From IMG/VR virus record IMGVR_UViG_3300005077_000047, positions 1 through 38,332 of that record: DNA of 38,332 nt, one strand, 5' to 3'. Of this stretch, positions 1-10,696 are shown piece after piece. The DNA is from a virus (lineage: Duplodnaviria > Caudoviricetes). Both the position numbers and the translations under genes were made by a program. The notes under the pieces are model-generated. The model saw nothing but the letters and a program-made list of their open reading frames with translations. It did not search any database and was not told the DNA's origin. Positions within the stretch are counted from its first letter, which is position 1; every line of letters starts with the position of its first letter.

Positions 1-99
1 TGACATTCATCTATCGCAGTTTCTGTAGATAAAGATGGAGCTACTGGTGGTAATAATTGATATTGAAAAGATATTTTTCAAAGATCTTGAACGGCATAA
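1..99 (+). CDS. 3' end of an upstream gene (partial, unknown product)
   Basis: With TGA=W frame 1 reads WHSSIAVSVDKDGATGGNNWYWKDIFQRSWTA to TAA at 97-99, 6 nt before the next ATG. Confidence 0.55.
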
Positions 100-105
100 G
101 AAAAA

Positions 106-981
106 ATGAAATTTGTAAATAAAAATACTCTTAAAAACATAACGGTTGGTACGATTTCAAGCGACTGAACTGTAAAATCTATGTGAACTGCATTAAACGT
201 TTTCGATGATATAACTAATTCTAGTTGGAAAAATATAACAAAAAAGGTTTTACCATATCAAGAAGTATTAAGCGGTTATACAGATTATCTTAATGTTTCT
301 AACACGAATGTTGTTGGTGTAACAAGATCTTTAAGTTCAATATATTCTAACACAGATTTATCAAATGTGACTTATTATATTTCATTATCATCTGTAGGCG
401 ATAGTTTAGTTCCGAGATCATTTTATTATTCTAATGGAACTTCTTCATATAGAGATTACGATTCTTCAGAAATCACATCTCCTTCTAATAGAGTTGGAGT
501 AATAAGGAAAGATGGAACTGCTAATAATTACGGCTTTGTTTATTATGACAAAGGAATAATATTGTTAAGTGGCGAATTAGCAACAAATCTTTCAACGTGA
601 TCAAATATATCAAGTTCTGGTGCTTTGTTAAAATATTCTACATATTTAGATCAGTATGAACATAAATATTGTTGTAACATAAATAGAAAATCTAACATAG
701 TTTCTTCTAACTTAAGTTATTGAACATCGGTTGATCAAAATAATGATACACTAACATCTTCTTTGACTGCATATTGAGCAGAGTTAGGGATAACAGAATA
801 TTCGATTACTGGAAACGTTAATGATTGATTGATTATAGAAGAACAAGAATATCCAATTTACGTAACTGGAATCGGTTTGTATGATGATTATAATAATTTA
901 GTCGCTATAGCTAAACTTCGTCGTCCTCAAGTTGTCTTTGACAACTCAAATATGAGCTTCATTGTAAATTTACGATTTTAA
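106..981 (+). CDS. Putative baseplate/tail structural protein (291 aa)
   Basis: ATG 106 to TAA 981 with TGA=W; includes track ORF 367-600. Ser/Thr/Asn-rich; the C-terminal PIYVTGIGLYDDYNNLVAIAKLRRP resembles baseplate/tail-associated proteins of large myoviruses. Confidence 0.6.
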
Positions 982-995
982 TTTAGGAAACATTT

Positions 996-1544
996 ATGAA
1001 TCAATCACTTTTTATGGGACTTGACATTTCAACGTCTCACATTGGAATATGTATAACAAGTAGAGATGATAAAATCTTACATTTTGAAAATTTAGATCTT
1101 TCTAAGTTGGGCGAAATAACAATTTATGAAAAAGCGAAATATTTTAGATTGAAAATGATTGATATTTTTGAACAATATGAAAACATAGAAAAAATTTATT
1201 TAGAACAAGCTTTATTGATGTATAAAAATGCTTCTTCTAGAATTCAAATTATAGTTCTTCTTCAACAATTTAATGCACTTTGTCAATTCATTCTTAATGA
1301 ATTAGGGAAAACAGTAATACTTGTTCCAGCTAGTACGGCAATGAAAGCTGCTATAGGGTTTGGAAGAAAACCAAAATACGTAGATGATAAGAAAATTTGA
1401 TCAGCTGAAATATTTGCAGAAAAACATCCAGAAACACAATTAAAGAAATTTGAAAAAGGAAAAAACGAAGGAAAAATTCATAGTGATATGTACGATATTA
1501 TCGATGCATACTTTCTTTCTAGATCTCATCTTTTAGGCAAATAA
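996..1544 (+). CDS. RuvC-like Holliday junction resolvase (182 aa)
   Basis: RNase H-fold acidic motifs GLDISTSHIG, IYLEQ and C-terminal DMYDIIDAY. The last motif is reached only by reading through TGA at 1398-1400. Confidence 0.8.
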
Positions 1545-1548
1545 TCAC

Positions 1549-1556
1549 TATATATT
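1549..1556 (+). promoter_or_regulatory. TATATATT putative phage promoter element
   Basis: Intergenic, upstream of primase; the same motif recurs in other intergenic gaps. Confidence 0.5.
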
Positions 1557-1573
1557 AAATAAAAAGGTGAATT

Positions 1574-2518
1574 ATGACAAAAGATGAAGCTATTCAAAAA
1601 ATTATTTCTGTTCTTGGAGAACCATACGGAACTGGTGATGAGCTTTCTTTTTCATGTTGTAACAAAGATTGTTCTAGTCATCAAAAAAACAAGAAAAAAC
1701 TTTCTCTTAATACAATAAGCGGAAAATGACATTGTTGAGTTTGTGAAATTAGTGGAAATAGTTTTAGTTCTTTATTAAGATCTTGTGGTGAAAAGGGTAT
1801 AAGAATATCTAAAGAAAATTTAGATGAGTTTAGTAGCGTAAAAGAAAATCTTGAAAAAATAGATGTATTAGAAACAAAAGAAAAAATAAAATCAATAGCA
1901 ATTCCATCACAATTTAAACCAATTATTTCTAATCAAGACTTAGATTCTGATTACTTTAAACAAGCTCTAATTTATTTAAGAAAAAGAAAACTTTCATATT
2001 TTGATATCATAAAATATAGAATTCACTACAATACAGAAAAATATCAAATTTTGATTCCAAGTTATGATAACAACGGAGATATTCTTCTTTATTTCATAAG
2101 AAATATATTTGATTCATGAAAAGAATATCCGAGTGTTGAAAGAACAAAAATAATTTTTAACGAATTATTCATAGATTGGCAATCACCAATTATTTTGACA
2201 GAAGGTATTTTTGATGCTTTTACAGCTGGATCTAACGCTATACCATTGCTTGGCAGTAACATCAAATCTGATCATCTTCTATTTAAGAGAATAATCAATA
2301 AGAAAAGTGAAATCTATATAGCGTTAGATCCAGACGCTAAAGATAAGATGATGAAAATATCAAAGCTTTTTCATAGTCATGGTATAAAAGTTAATGTTGT
2401 AGAATTACAAAATGGTGACATAAATGAATTAGGAAAAGAAGAATTTAAGAAATGTTTAGAAAATTCTTATGTATATAATGATATGAGAGACATAAAATCT
2501 AAACTTCTAAGTCTATAG
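1574..2518 (+). CDS. DNA primase (Zn finger + TOPRIM), 314 aa
   Basis: N-terminal CCNKDC..H..KWHCWVC zinc-binding region (both W = TGA); TOPRIM motifs TEGIFDA, ALDPDA and GDIN; AAGGTGA RBS. Confidence 0.88.
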
Positions 2519-2532
2519 ATTGGAATAAAAAA

Positions 2533-2811
2533 ATGATAGACAAAAAATTATTGGGACCACAAACAAAAAAAAGCGTTTTAGATTATTTTCGTAAGACAGG
2601 AACTTACATTAAACCATCGACAGCTGAAGATGAGTTATTTCTATGAATAGAATATGGTTTTAACGAGTATTGTATAGAATGTATTAATACGTGTAAACAA
2701 CATGGAGCGTGTAAAATTGTACAATGTCCAATGTTTGAAAAAGACACAACAAGAAAATCAGTTAATAAAACAACAACTAAAACAAAGAAAACAAAAACTG
2801 GGAGTAAATAG
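2533..2811 (+). CDS. Small Cys-rich hypothetical protein (92 aa)
   Basis: Fills the gap exactly; YCIECINTCKQHGACKIVQCP plus a Lys/Thr-rich tail; its TAG overlaps the next GTG start. Confidence 0.65.
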
Positions 2812-5800
2812 TGATAATTGTTTCAATAAGTGATTTACACATAAGGATAGCTAGCAGACACAAAGAATATCACAAAATCTTCACAAAATTTCTAAAACAA
2901 ATAAAAGCTCTCCAACCCGACTACATCTTTAACTTAGGTGATTTGTTCCATAACAAATTAACACTAAGTCCAGAATCGATTATGATTACACGATGATTTT
3001 TTTCTGAACTATCAAAAATATGTAAAGTTGTATCAATAGTGGGAAACCACGATATAAATCTTACAAATTTAGATAGACCTAATTCCGTAGAAGCGGTGCT
3101 AGAAGGAATTGAAAATCAAATAATTTTAGCTAAGAGTCAATATGTTGAATTAGAAGACGGTTTGGCTGTTGGTGTTTTTTCTATCCTCGAACAAAAAGAA
3201 ACATGACCAAAAACACTATCCGAAAAAAATAAAAAGAACAATATCAATATAGCTTTATATCATGGAGCTGTAAATTTATCTCATGATGATTCTGGATTTG
3301 CTATTGATAATTCTATTGATTCTAATGAATATTTCAAAGATTATGATTTTGTAATGTGTGGAGATATTCATAAAGCCGAACAGTTAGATAACGAAGGTCG
3401 TATTTGAATGACAGGCAATATGATTCAACAGAATTTTGGCGAATCTCTTGATAAGGGATATTTAGTTTGAGAAATAGAATCAAAAAATAAATGAAAAGTA
3501 AGAAAAGTTGATATAAAAAACGATTATAATTATATCACAGTATTTATTGATGATGATGATTACGAAAAAAATATACAAAATATTTCTAAAACACTCAAGA
3601 AAAATGCAGTTACTCAAAAGAGTAATGTACGAATAAAAATTTCTACAGATAAAATTTCTGATCAAACTTTTAAAGAAAAAATTAAGACATATGTTATTAA
3701 TGAATTTGGTGTTACACCAATTCTGAATGATGTGTATTCATTTAAGTCAAACGATTTTGTTATATCTTCACCAAATAAATCGATTAATTTTGCAAATAAT
3801 AATGTTCAAAATCAACTTATTCAAAATTATATTAATGAATCGATTATTAGAGAAAAACTGAATGTAGAAGAAATTATAAAGATCAATAATGAACTAAATC
3901 AAGAAATAGGATATCTCAAAGATAATAGTGATGATAGTATATGAGAACCAATCGATTTAGAATTAAGTAATATTTTTTGTTTCGGTGAAAACATAAAATT
4001 AGATTTTAAGAAAAAATTGAGAGGATTAGTTGGTCTTTTCGGGAAAAACGCTTCTGGAAAATCTAGTTTATTTAACGCTTTAACTTTTGCAATATTTGGA
4101 AAGAGTATTAAGAAAGTAAATATTCAAGATATTCTTAGACACGGAAGTTCGCACGGAAGTACAAAAATAGTGTTGAAAAAGGGAGATTTTATCTACAAAA
4201 TAGAAAGATCAATATCTGGTTCGAAAAAACAAAATCATGTAAGAAATAACGTTTCGTTTAATCGATATAATTCAGAAACAAAAGAATGAATTTCATTAAA
4301 TCAGGAAACAATTCCAGAAACAAATAAAGAAATTACAAAGTATTTTGGTACATTTGAAGATTTTTTGATGACTTCCATGAGTACTCAAGAAGATTATAAT
4401 CTTTTTATTAATAGTGGAAATTCTAATCGTAAAGATGTAGTTATGAAAAATTTAGGTCTTGGTATTTTTAAAGAACTTTACGATTTATCTAATCAAAAAA
4501 TCAAACAAATTGGAGATGTTATTGACCATGTTGATGATACAGATATTCTTATAACAAAACTTCAATCTTTAAGAAACAACATATTTGAAATAGAACAGCT
4601 TCAAGATCAATATGACACGATAATTAAAAATGAATCTAAACTATCTAAGGATCTAGAAAATCAAATAAAAGATCTGTCAAAGAACGTATTTTTTGTTCCA
4701 CAGTGTGATATAAATGAAGAAGAAGTAAAGAAACAACTAGAAAAAGTTACTAAAAAGTTCGAAGATGTAAATAGAGATATTGCTCATACTGTGTCAGAAG
4801 TTAGAAAACTTAAACAACAAATAGAATTAGAAGAATCAAAAATAGATGAATTAAAAAAAGAAATAGAAAAATCTATAAAGAAAAAGAATTCAGAAGTTGC
4901 AGTATTGAATAGTAATGTTTCTCGTTTAGAAGAAAAAAATTTAGAACATTCTTCTATCAATTGTGATAGATTCGATTGTAGTCTTCTTCGTTCTTATAAA
5001 GAAGATATAGATAATCTAACTCGTTATAAAGAAGAATTAAAAATAAGAAAAGAAGAACTCAAAGAATTAGAAAAAAGAGAGAATTTTATAAAAGATCAAT
5101 TTCATATTCATCTTTCTCTTAAGGAATATAAAACAAAAGCTTCTGGATTATTGAAGGACGCAAAATTATTAGAACAAAAGATAGAGACTTATTCTAATCA
5201 ATTGAGAGATTATGAAAACAATAAAACAACTATTAGAAACAACGCAATAATTTTAGCACAAATTGATAATTTGAATGAACAAAAAAATAATAGTGATATG
5301 AAAGTTACAAAAGCAACGTCACAAAAAGAAGTAGATAAAAGACTGATATCTGAATATGAAGACAGAATAGAAGAAATTAATAATACTCTCGAAAAGATAA
5401 GAAATATGAAGAAAAAATTAGAAATTCTTATTAATTACAAAGATATTATGAATCCAAATGCTCTTCCAAACATTTTATTAAATTCATATGTTGATCTCTT
5501 TGAATTAGAAGTCAATAGAATTCTAAGTTCTTCTACCGATTTGTCCGTAAAAGTCAACCTTCTTAACAAAAAAGACGCAAAGAATACAGAACTAGAAATT
5601 AATTACATGAATTCTTCTAGAAATCCAGATTTAATGCCAATAGAATTAGCTAGTGGTGCAGAAAAAATGTTGCTATCTCTTTCCATTAGAGTTGCTTTGA
5701 TAAATATTACTTCTATTCAGAAATCTAACATATTAATTGTTGACGAAGGATTTGGAACGCTTCACAGCGAATGAATTCCAGTTCTCAAGAATCTTTTTGA

Positions 5801-5918
5801 ATCTTTTAAAGAAATGTTTCATTCAATTATTATAGTTAGTCACCTTGATTCTATTCAGGATTTACCAAATATTATTATAAATGTTGCAAAAGAGAATAAT
5901 GTGAGCTTTTTATACTAA
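2811..5918 (+). CDS. Fused SbcD/Mre11 (gp47-like) nuclease - SbcC/Rad50 (gp46-like) ATPase, 1035 aa
   Basis: Track ORFs 2811, 3732, 4017 and 4365 share one frame and are separated only by TGA. Phosphoesterase motifs SDLH, GDLFH, GNHD, HG and GDIH; Walker A GKNASGKSS; coiled coil; signature ASGAE; Walker B LIVDEGFG; H-loop IVSH. Confidence 0.92.
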
Positions 5919-5941
5919 ATGATTGTTTTTCAAAACTGGTG

Positions 5942-5949
5942 TATATATT
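5942..5949 (+). promoter_or_regulatory. TATATATT putative promoter upstream of bS21 gene
   Basis: Intergenic GGTGTATATATT; GGTGTATATA also precedes the scaffold gene. Confidence 0.5.
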
Positions 5950-5983
5950 GAAAAGTAATATCTTATCTAATGTGGGAGGTTTC

Positions 5984-6313
5984 ATGTCTAAAAATAGTGC
6001 TTGTAACATTTATTTAACAATCAAAAAAAGTAACGTTAGAACCGAAGAAGAAGAGAGTGATCGAATGATTAATCTTTTTTTCAAAAAATGAAAAGAATCT
6101 AATCTAACAAAAAATATTAGAAAAAATGAAAGTTATGAAAAACCTTCTGTCACAAAACACGACGATAAGAGAAGAAGAATTCATCTTAGAGAAATTAATG
6201 AAAAGATAATTCTCGGTAAACTAAAACCTAGAAATAAAAGATTGCATCAGCAAATTCTTAATGATTTCAAAAATGGAAAAATTTCTGTTAGAAAAAACAA
6301 GAAAGGAAAATAA
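5984..6313 (+). CDS. rpsU: Ribosomal protein bS21 homolog with basic C-terminal extension (109 aa)
   Basis: DRMINLFFKKWKESNLTKILEKNESYEKPSVTKHDDKRRR fits the bS21 pattern (alrrFKr..k.gil.e.r.re.YEKPs..r); RBS GGGAGGT at 5974-5980. Confidence 0.72.
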
Positions 6314-6316
6314 GAC

Positions 6317-6625
6317 ATGGGACTTTTCAAGCTGGATGAAAATGTCAATTCTCGCTATAGTCAACTTTTGGGAGAAAGCATTTTAAAAGATGATGTACAT
6401 CTTAAATCATTTTTTGTAGAGGGTAGTATTTATGATCCTTGATTAGAAGATGTAGAATGAGTTTTTTTGAATGATCTCAAAGAAGACTACGAGGGAGTCA
6501 AAATTAATTCTACTAAAAATAGAATATCTTTCTTATTTATTGATGAATATGCTCGTAATAAAGCTCTTAATATATTAGAAACAAGATTTAAAGAATTTAA
6601 TATCAAAACAACTCTTGTAAACTAA
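6317..6625 (+). CDS. Hypothetical protein (102 aa)
   Basis: ATG 6317 to TAA 6625 with two TGA=W; tiles between neighbours. Confidence 0.7.
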
Positions 6626-6637
6626 GAAAATAAAAAT

Positions 6638-6982
6638 ATGCTTCCTACATCAGAAACTATTTATATCCAAAGAGGTACGTACGGTACTTCGTTGGAATTT
6701 CGTTTATACTCTGGAGAAACTTCTAAAGATCTTCCAGCTAGTTCTTATAGTAAGATTATCTTAAGAGCATATTCATATCCCGATATGAATTTATTTTTTA
6801 GTGGAGATGTAGATCAAACTCTTAGTTCAGTAACAACAAATGAAGTAACTTACACTTTTAAAGAGAGTGATACTCTCAAAGAAGGAGCGTTTAGTTTGAA
6901 ACTAGAATTACTTAATCTTTCCGGAATTTCTATAGTTTCGAAAGAAGTTGTGGATTGTGGAAAACTTAAAATAGAAAAATAA
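6638..6982 (+). CDS. Ig-like/BppU N-terminal-like virion protein (114 aa)
   Basis: TIYIQRGTYGTSLEFRL...VTYTFKESDT..G.F.LELE pattern resembles BppU_N-like beta-sandwich proteins. Confidence 0.55.
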   Translation: MLPTSETIYIQRGTYGTSLEFRLYSGETSKDLPASSYSKIILRAYSYPDMNLFFSGDVDQTLSSVTTNEVTYTFKESDTLKEGAFSLKLELLNLSGISIVSKEVVDCGKLKIEK

Positions 6983-6984
6983 AA

Positions 6985-7080
6985 ATGCAAATAATTAAAG
7001 CAATAATCAGATACATAAATAATAAAGCAACTGTTCGATATACTCGAACAGTCGTTAAAGTTAGATTGGTTTCACTATAG
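6985..7080 (+). CDS. Possible small basic protein (31 aa)
   Basis: MQIIKAIIRYINNKATVRYTRTVVKVRLVSL fills the gap exactly; no recognisable motif. Confidence 0.4.
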   Translation: MQIIKAIIRYINNKATVRYTRTVVKVRLVSL

Positions 7081-7088
7081 GAGAAACT

Positions 7089-7445
7089 ATGAAGTTAATA
7101 ATTGCCGGCGATAGAAACGTTACAGACATCAGAATAGTAAAAGAAGCTCTTCTTCAGTTTCATAATGAACATCCAGACTTCAAAGTTACAGAAATCGTAA
7201 GCGGATGTGCAAGAGGAGTCGATACTCTCGGCGAAAGAATAGCAGAAGAATACAACATTCCAGTTAAAAAATTTCCAGCTGATTGAGAAAAATTTGGAAA
7301 AGCAGCTGGTCCAATTAGAAATATACAAATGGCAGAATATGCTGATGGTCTTGTAGCAGTTCTTGTAGAGACTTCTAAAGGAACTAGAAGTATGATCAAA
7401 GAAGCAACAAAAAGAAATTTGATAATTAGCATTAAAGAAATATAA
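7089..7445 (+). CDS. SLOG-superfamily DUF2493/YspA-like protein (118 aa)
   Basis: MKLIIAGDR, IVSGCARGVD, FPADW(TGA)EKFGKAAGPIRN..MAEYAD, SKGTRSMI. Confidence 0.85.
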
Positions 7446-7457
7446 GTGGGAGGCTAC

Positions 7458-8855
7458 GTGGATAAAACAAAACTATCTCAGTATGAACTTGAAAACTATG
7501 ATAAGATCTGTGAAATAGAATCTGATATGTCTTCTGAAGAAGACTTAAATTTTATTCATGATTTTTTCATTAAGATGTGAGAAAAGTATGATTATAAAAC
7601 AGAAAAAAGACCCGTAATTATTTTCTCAACTCCGTCATTTACGGGAACAGATTGGTTTAGATTAAGAGTTCCCCTCTATAATCTTTGAAAGAAACACGCT
7701 GACAAGTACTATATCATACTTACAACAGCTTTCAATTTAAATATGATGAAACATGCAGATCTTATTATTTCTCACAGAGCTGGTGATATGCATCTTTATT
7801 CTCACAAAATAGAATCTATGTGACCATCTTTTATTAAGAAACCAATTATAATTCACGAAGTAGACGACAATGAATTCAACCTTCCAGATAGTCATCCACT
7901 TAAATCAATGTGATTACAAGCTGGAAAGGATCAAATGTCTAAAAAACAAATTGCAAATGCTCATTATGTAACTACAACCGGAAGAGTTCTTAAAAGAGAG
8001 TTTTCTAGACTTAATCAGTTTAATAAAATTGAAATAATTCCAAATGCATTTCAGTGATCTCATAAGCAATGAGACATTCTTGATTGAGAAGAAAAAGAGC
8101 TAAGAAAACCAGAAAGAGCAAGAAATAGAATAGTTGTTGGTTGAGCCGGATTAACAAGCCATTTTCCAGACTTAGTTAAAATGCTTAAATGTTTGAAGGG
8201 TATTCAATCAAAAACTAAAGAAAAAAATCCTTATTTTATTTTATCCGGCATGCCGACAGAAGATAGAATGACAATGACAGGTCCAGATGGAAAACCTATG
8301 CAAATAGAAACTCCAAAAGAACATAGATATTCTTATCGTATTTTAAATGGTTTTCAAATGTCAGAAAAAGAAAGATTCGAAGGTTATATACCAGCATTAG
8401 GATCTGAAAATATTGAAGGACAGGATGTTAAATCGCTTTGAAATTATGGAGAATTTTATGATCAATATGATATTAATCTCGCTTATCTTGCTGAATTTAG
8501 CGTGTTCAACAAATCAAAATCAGCGATTAAAGTTATCGAAGGTTTTCGAAAAGGAGCAATATCTGTTTGAACAGAATGAGGAGGTTATCAAGAATTTCTA
8601 GAAAATCTTCCATCGGATCTTAATGTTATCGCTTCTAAATATATGTCTGCAAAAAGTGATGAACAATTTATTGATAATGTTGTTTATTGAATAAATGCTG
8701 ATGAATCTTATAGAAGAGAAATTGTTGAAAAATTTAGAAAATACGTTACAGAAACTTTTGACATTGAACAAATCAATAAAAAGAGAATAGATATCTATGA
8801 CAAGATCTTATTCAAAAATAAAAATGGAGATGGCTCAAAAGATGAAAATAACTAA
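7458..8855 (+). CDS. GT-B fold (GT4-like) glycosyltransferase (465 aa)
   Basis: GTG start after GGGAGG; motifs WFRLRVP, HEVDDNEF, VTTT, IIPNA, VGWAGLTSHFPDL, DINLAYL..FNKSKSAIKVIE. Confidence 0.8.
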
Positions 8856-9102
8856 GGGTATGATTAAAGAGATCATAAAAGAAGAAATAGATAATTATGA
8901 TCCTAACTCTTATTCTAAAAGACTAGCTCAAAAGTTGATAGCTCAAAAATTAGTTTCACCTCAATCTAGTGAACAAGATATCTTAGATAAAGCTCGAGCT
9001 TTAGCTTCAAAAGAATTGGGCGTGAAAACAGCAAACTTTTTATTTTCGTTTGATGAGGATTTTCCTAGTGAAGTTATATCGTACGTTAAAAGTGCCAGAT
9101 AA
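8842..9102 (+). CDS. Hypothetical protein with 'IIKEE' leader (86 aa)
   Basis: Begins MKITKGMIKEIIKEEI; start chosen from the motif (track start 8797). Confidence 0.7.
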   Translation: MKITKGMIKEIIKEEIDNYDPNSYSKRLAQKLIAQKLVSPQSSEQDILDKARALASKELGVKTANFLFSFDEDFPSEVISYVKSAR

Positions 9103-9126
9103 TAAAGTAAGGAAATCTAAAAAGAA

Positions 9127-9576
9127 ATGAGTAAAATAAAAATACCAAAAAAACTATTTAATGAAATTCTAGCTGAAATCATTATAGAAGAAGGACACTA
9201 TGCTGATCCTATTCCTAAGAAGAAACTAAAAGAAGCGATGGGAGCCGGGGATACACCTATTCCAACCGATAGGGGCACTCAACCACTACCAAATCCAAAT
9301 AATGATGAAGAAAACGTTCCAATTTCAGATCAAGAAGAGTTAGCTTTAAAATCAAGAGCAATTAAAGAAGGTATCATGGATTGATTTAAAGCTTTCAAAA
9401 TAAATGAAGATACAATCATGTTAAAGCATGGAAACAAAGCTATTATTTCTGATGGAACTGGAGATAGTTATTATGTTGTCTTTAAAGTTGCGAGTTGAAA
9501 TCCGCCTTCTGTTAAAATTAAAGAAATGAAAATAGTAGACATATCTGATTTTGGCGATTTACCTCAGGAACTTTAA
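9127..9576 (+). CDS. Hypothetical protein with leader motif (149 aa)
   Basis: MSKIKIPKKLFNEILAEIIIEE; extends through TGA 9382 to TAA 9576. Confidence 0.7.
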
Positions 9577-9580
9577 TGAG

Positions 9581-9793
9581 ATGAAGATATCAAAGAAAGA
9601 ACTTAAAGAGATAGTAGATGATATTTATAATTCTTTTAATTCTACTATAGTTTTAGATTTAGAAGATGCTGCTCATGAAATAAAAGATGTTATTGAAGAA
9701 TTTCGTCATAATAAAAGAATTCAAAAATTATTATGACATTCTTATAATTATTTAGAAGAAGCTATCAATTCAATCAAAAGATTAGAAACATAA
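9581..9793 (+). CDS. Small helical hypothetical protein (70 aa)
   Basis: MKISKKELKEIVDDI...; one TGA=W; TAA at 9791-9793. Confidence 0.65.
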
Positions 9794-9840
9794 AATTAGC
9801 AAATAATCATCTTTTTTTTGAAAATAAGTAAGAAATGCAA

Positions 9841-9848
9841 TATATATT
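9841..9848 (+). promoter_or_regulatory. TATATATT putative promoter upstream of Hc1-like gene
   Basis: Intergenic CAATATATATTTTT, identical to 20251-20264. Confidence 0.5.
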
Positions 9849-9885
9849 TTTGTAGTTCAATAAACATACAAATTTGGAGGTCTCA

Positions 9886-10074
9886 ATGGACGATCGCATT
9901 AATGAATTGGCGAACATGATTTTAGATTATGCAGAAGAGTTTCGCATTAATCATGAAAAATCAGTGTTAAAGGGAAATATGTCTGCTGCTCGTAGAGCTC
10001 GTAAGGCTCTTGGAGAGATTAGAAAGCTCGTCACAGAATATCGTAAGGAGTCAATTGCTCTTTCTGGTGAGTAG
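9886..10074 (+). CDS. Histone H1-like Hc1 family DNA-binding protein (62 aa)
   Basis: KGNMSAARRARKALGEIRKLVTEYRKES matches the Hc1 core GNKaAa.RaRka..el.kl.kefRk.S; RBS GGAGGT. Confidence 0.8.
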   Translation: MDDRINELANMILDYAEEFRINHEKSVLKGNMSAARRARKALGEIRKLVTEYRKESIALSGE

Positions 10075-10108
10075 TAGAATCTAATCCTTAAACAACCAAT
10101 TAAAAAGA

Positions 10109-10136
10109 AAAACCCTTAGTAAAAACTAAGGGTTTT
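10109..10136 (+). terminator. Hairpin, probable intrinsic terminator
   Basis: Perfect 12-bp stem AAAACCCTTAGT-AAAA-ACTAAGGGTTTT downstream of the Hc1-like gene. Confidence 0.75.
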
Positions 10137-10189
10137 CAGTATATACTTTTGTAGATAGCATAGATATATTATTTGGAGTTGAGTTGTAA

Positions 10190-10696
10190 ATGAAAAAACA
10201 AAAAATTAGAAAAATTATATCTGAAGAATTATGAAATTGAGAATCAGATATAATAAAGAATTTGTCTCCAAATGATAGAATATTTATGACTAATTCTGAA
10301 AACATCGATTTAAAAAAAATTTACTTAAATGTAGATTCGATGAAAATGAAACCAACTGGTTTATGATATGGTTTTGGAAAAAGTTGAATTGATTGAGTTA
10401 GAGAAAATATGCCTCATTGAAAAAAAGAACATATTTTCAAAATACAAATTGATGAATCTAAAGTGTTAAAATTAAGAAGTGAAAGAGAAGTGTTATTATT
10501 TACTCGAGGGTATAAACAAGATAATTACCACGAATGAATCGACTGAAAAACAGTAACAAAAGCATACAACGGAATAGAAATTCCAGAATATTTTTGAAAT
10601 CTTAGACTTAAACTATTGTGATATTATGGTTGAGATGTGGCCTCTGGTTGTATTTGAAATCTAAAAACTATAAAAAAAATTGAAAGATTAACATAG
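10190..10696 (+). CDS. Trp-rich conserved-looking protein with leader motif (168 aa); possible ADP-ribosyltransferase-like fold
   Basis: Absent from the track (about 12 in-frame TGA). MKKQKIRKIISEEL...KPTGLWYGFGKSWIDW...IDWKTVTKAYNGIEI...WYYGWDVASGCIW. The fold assignment is inference. Confidence 0.7.
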
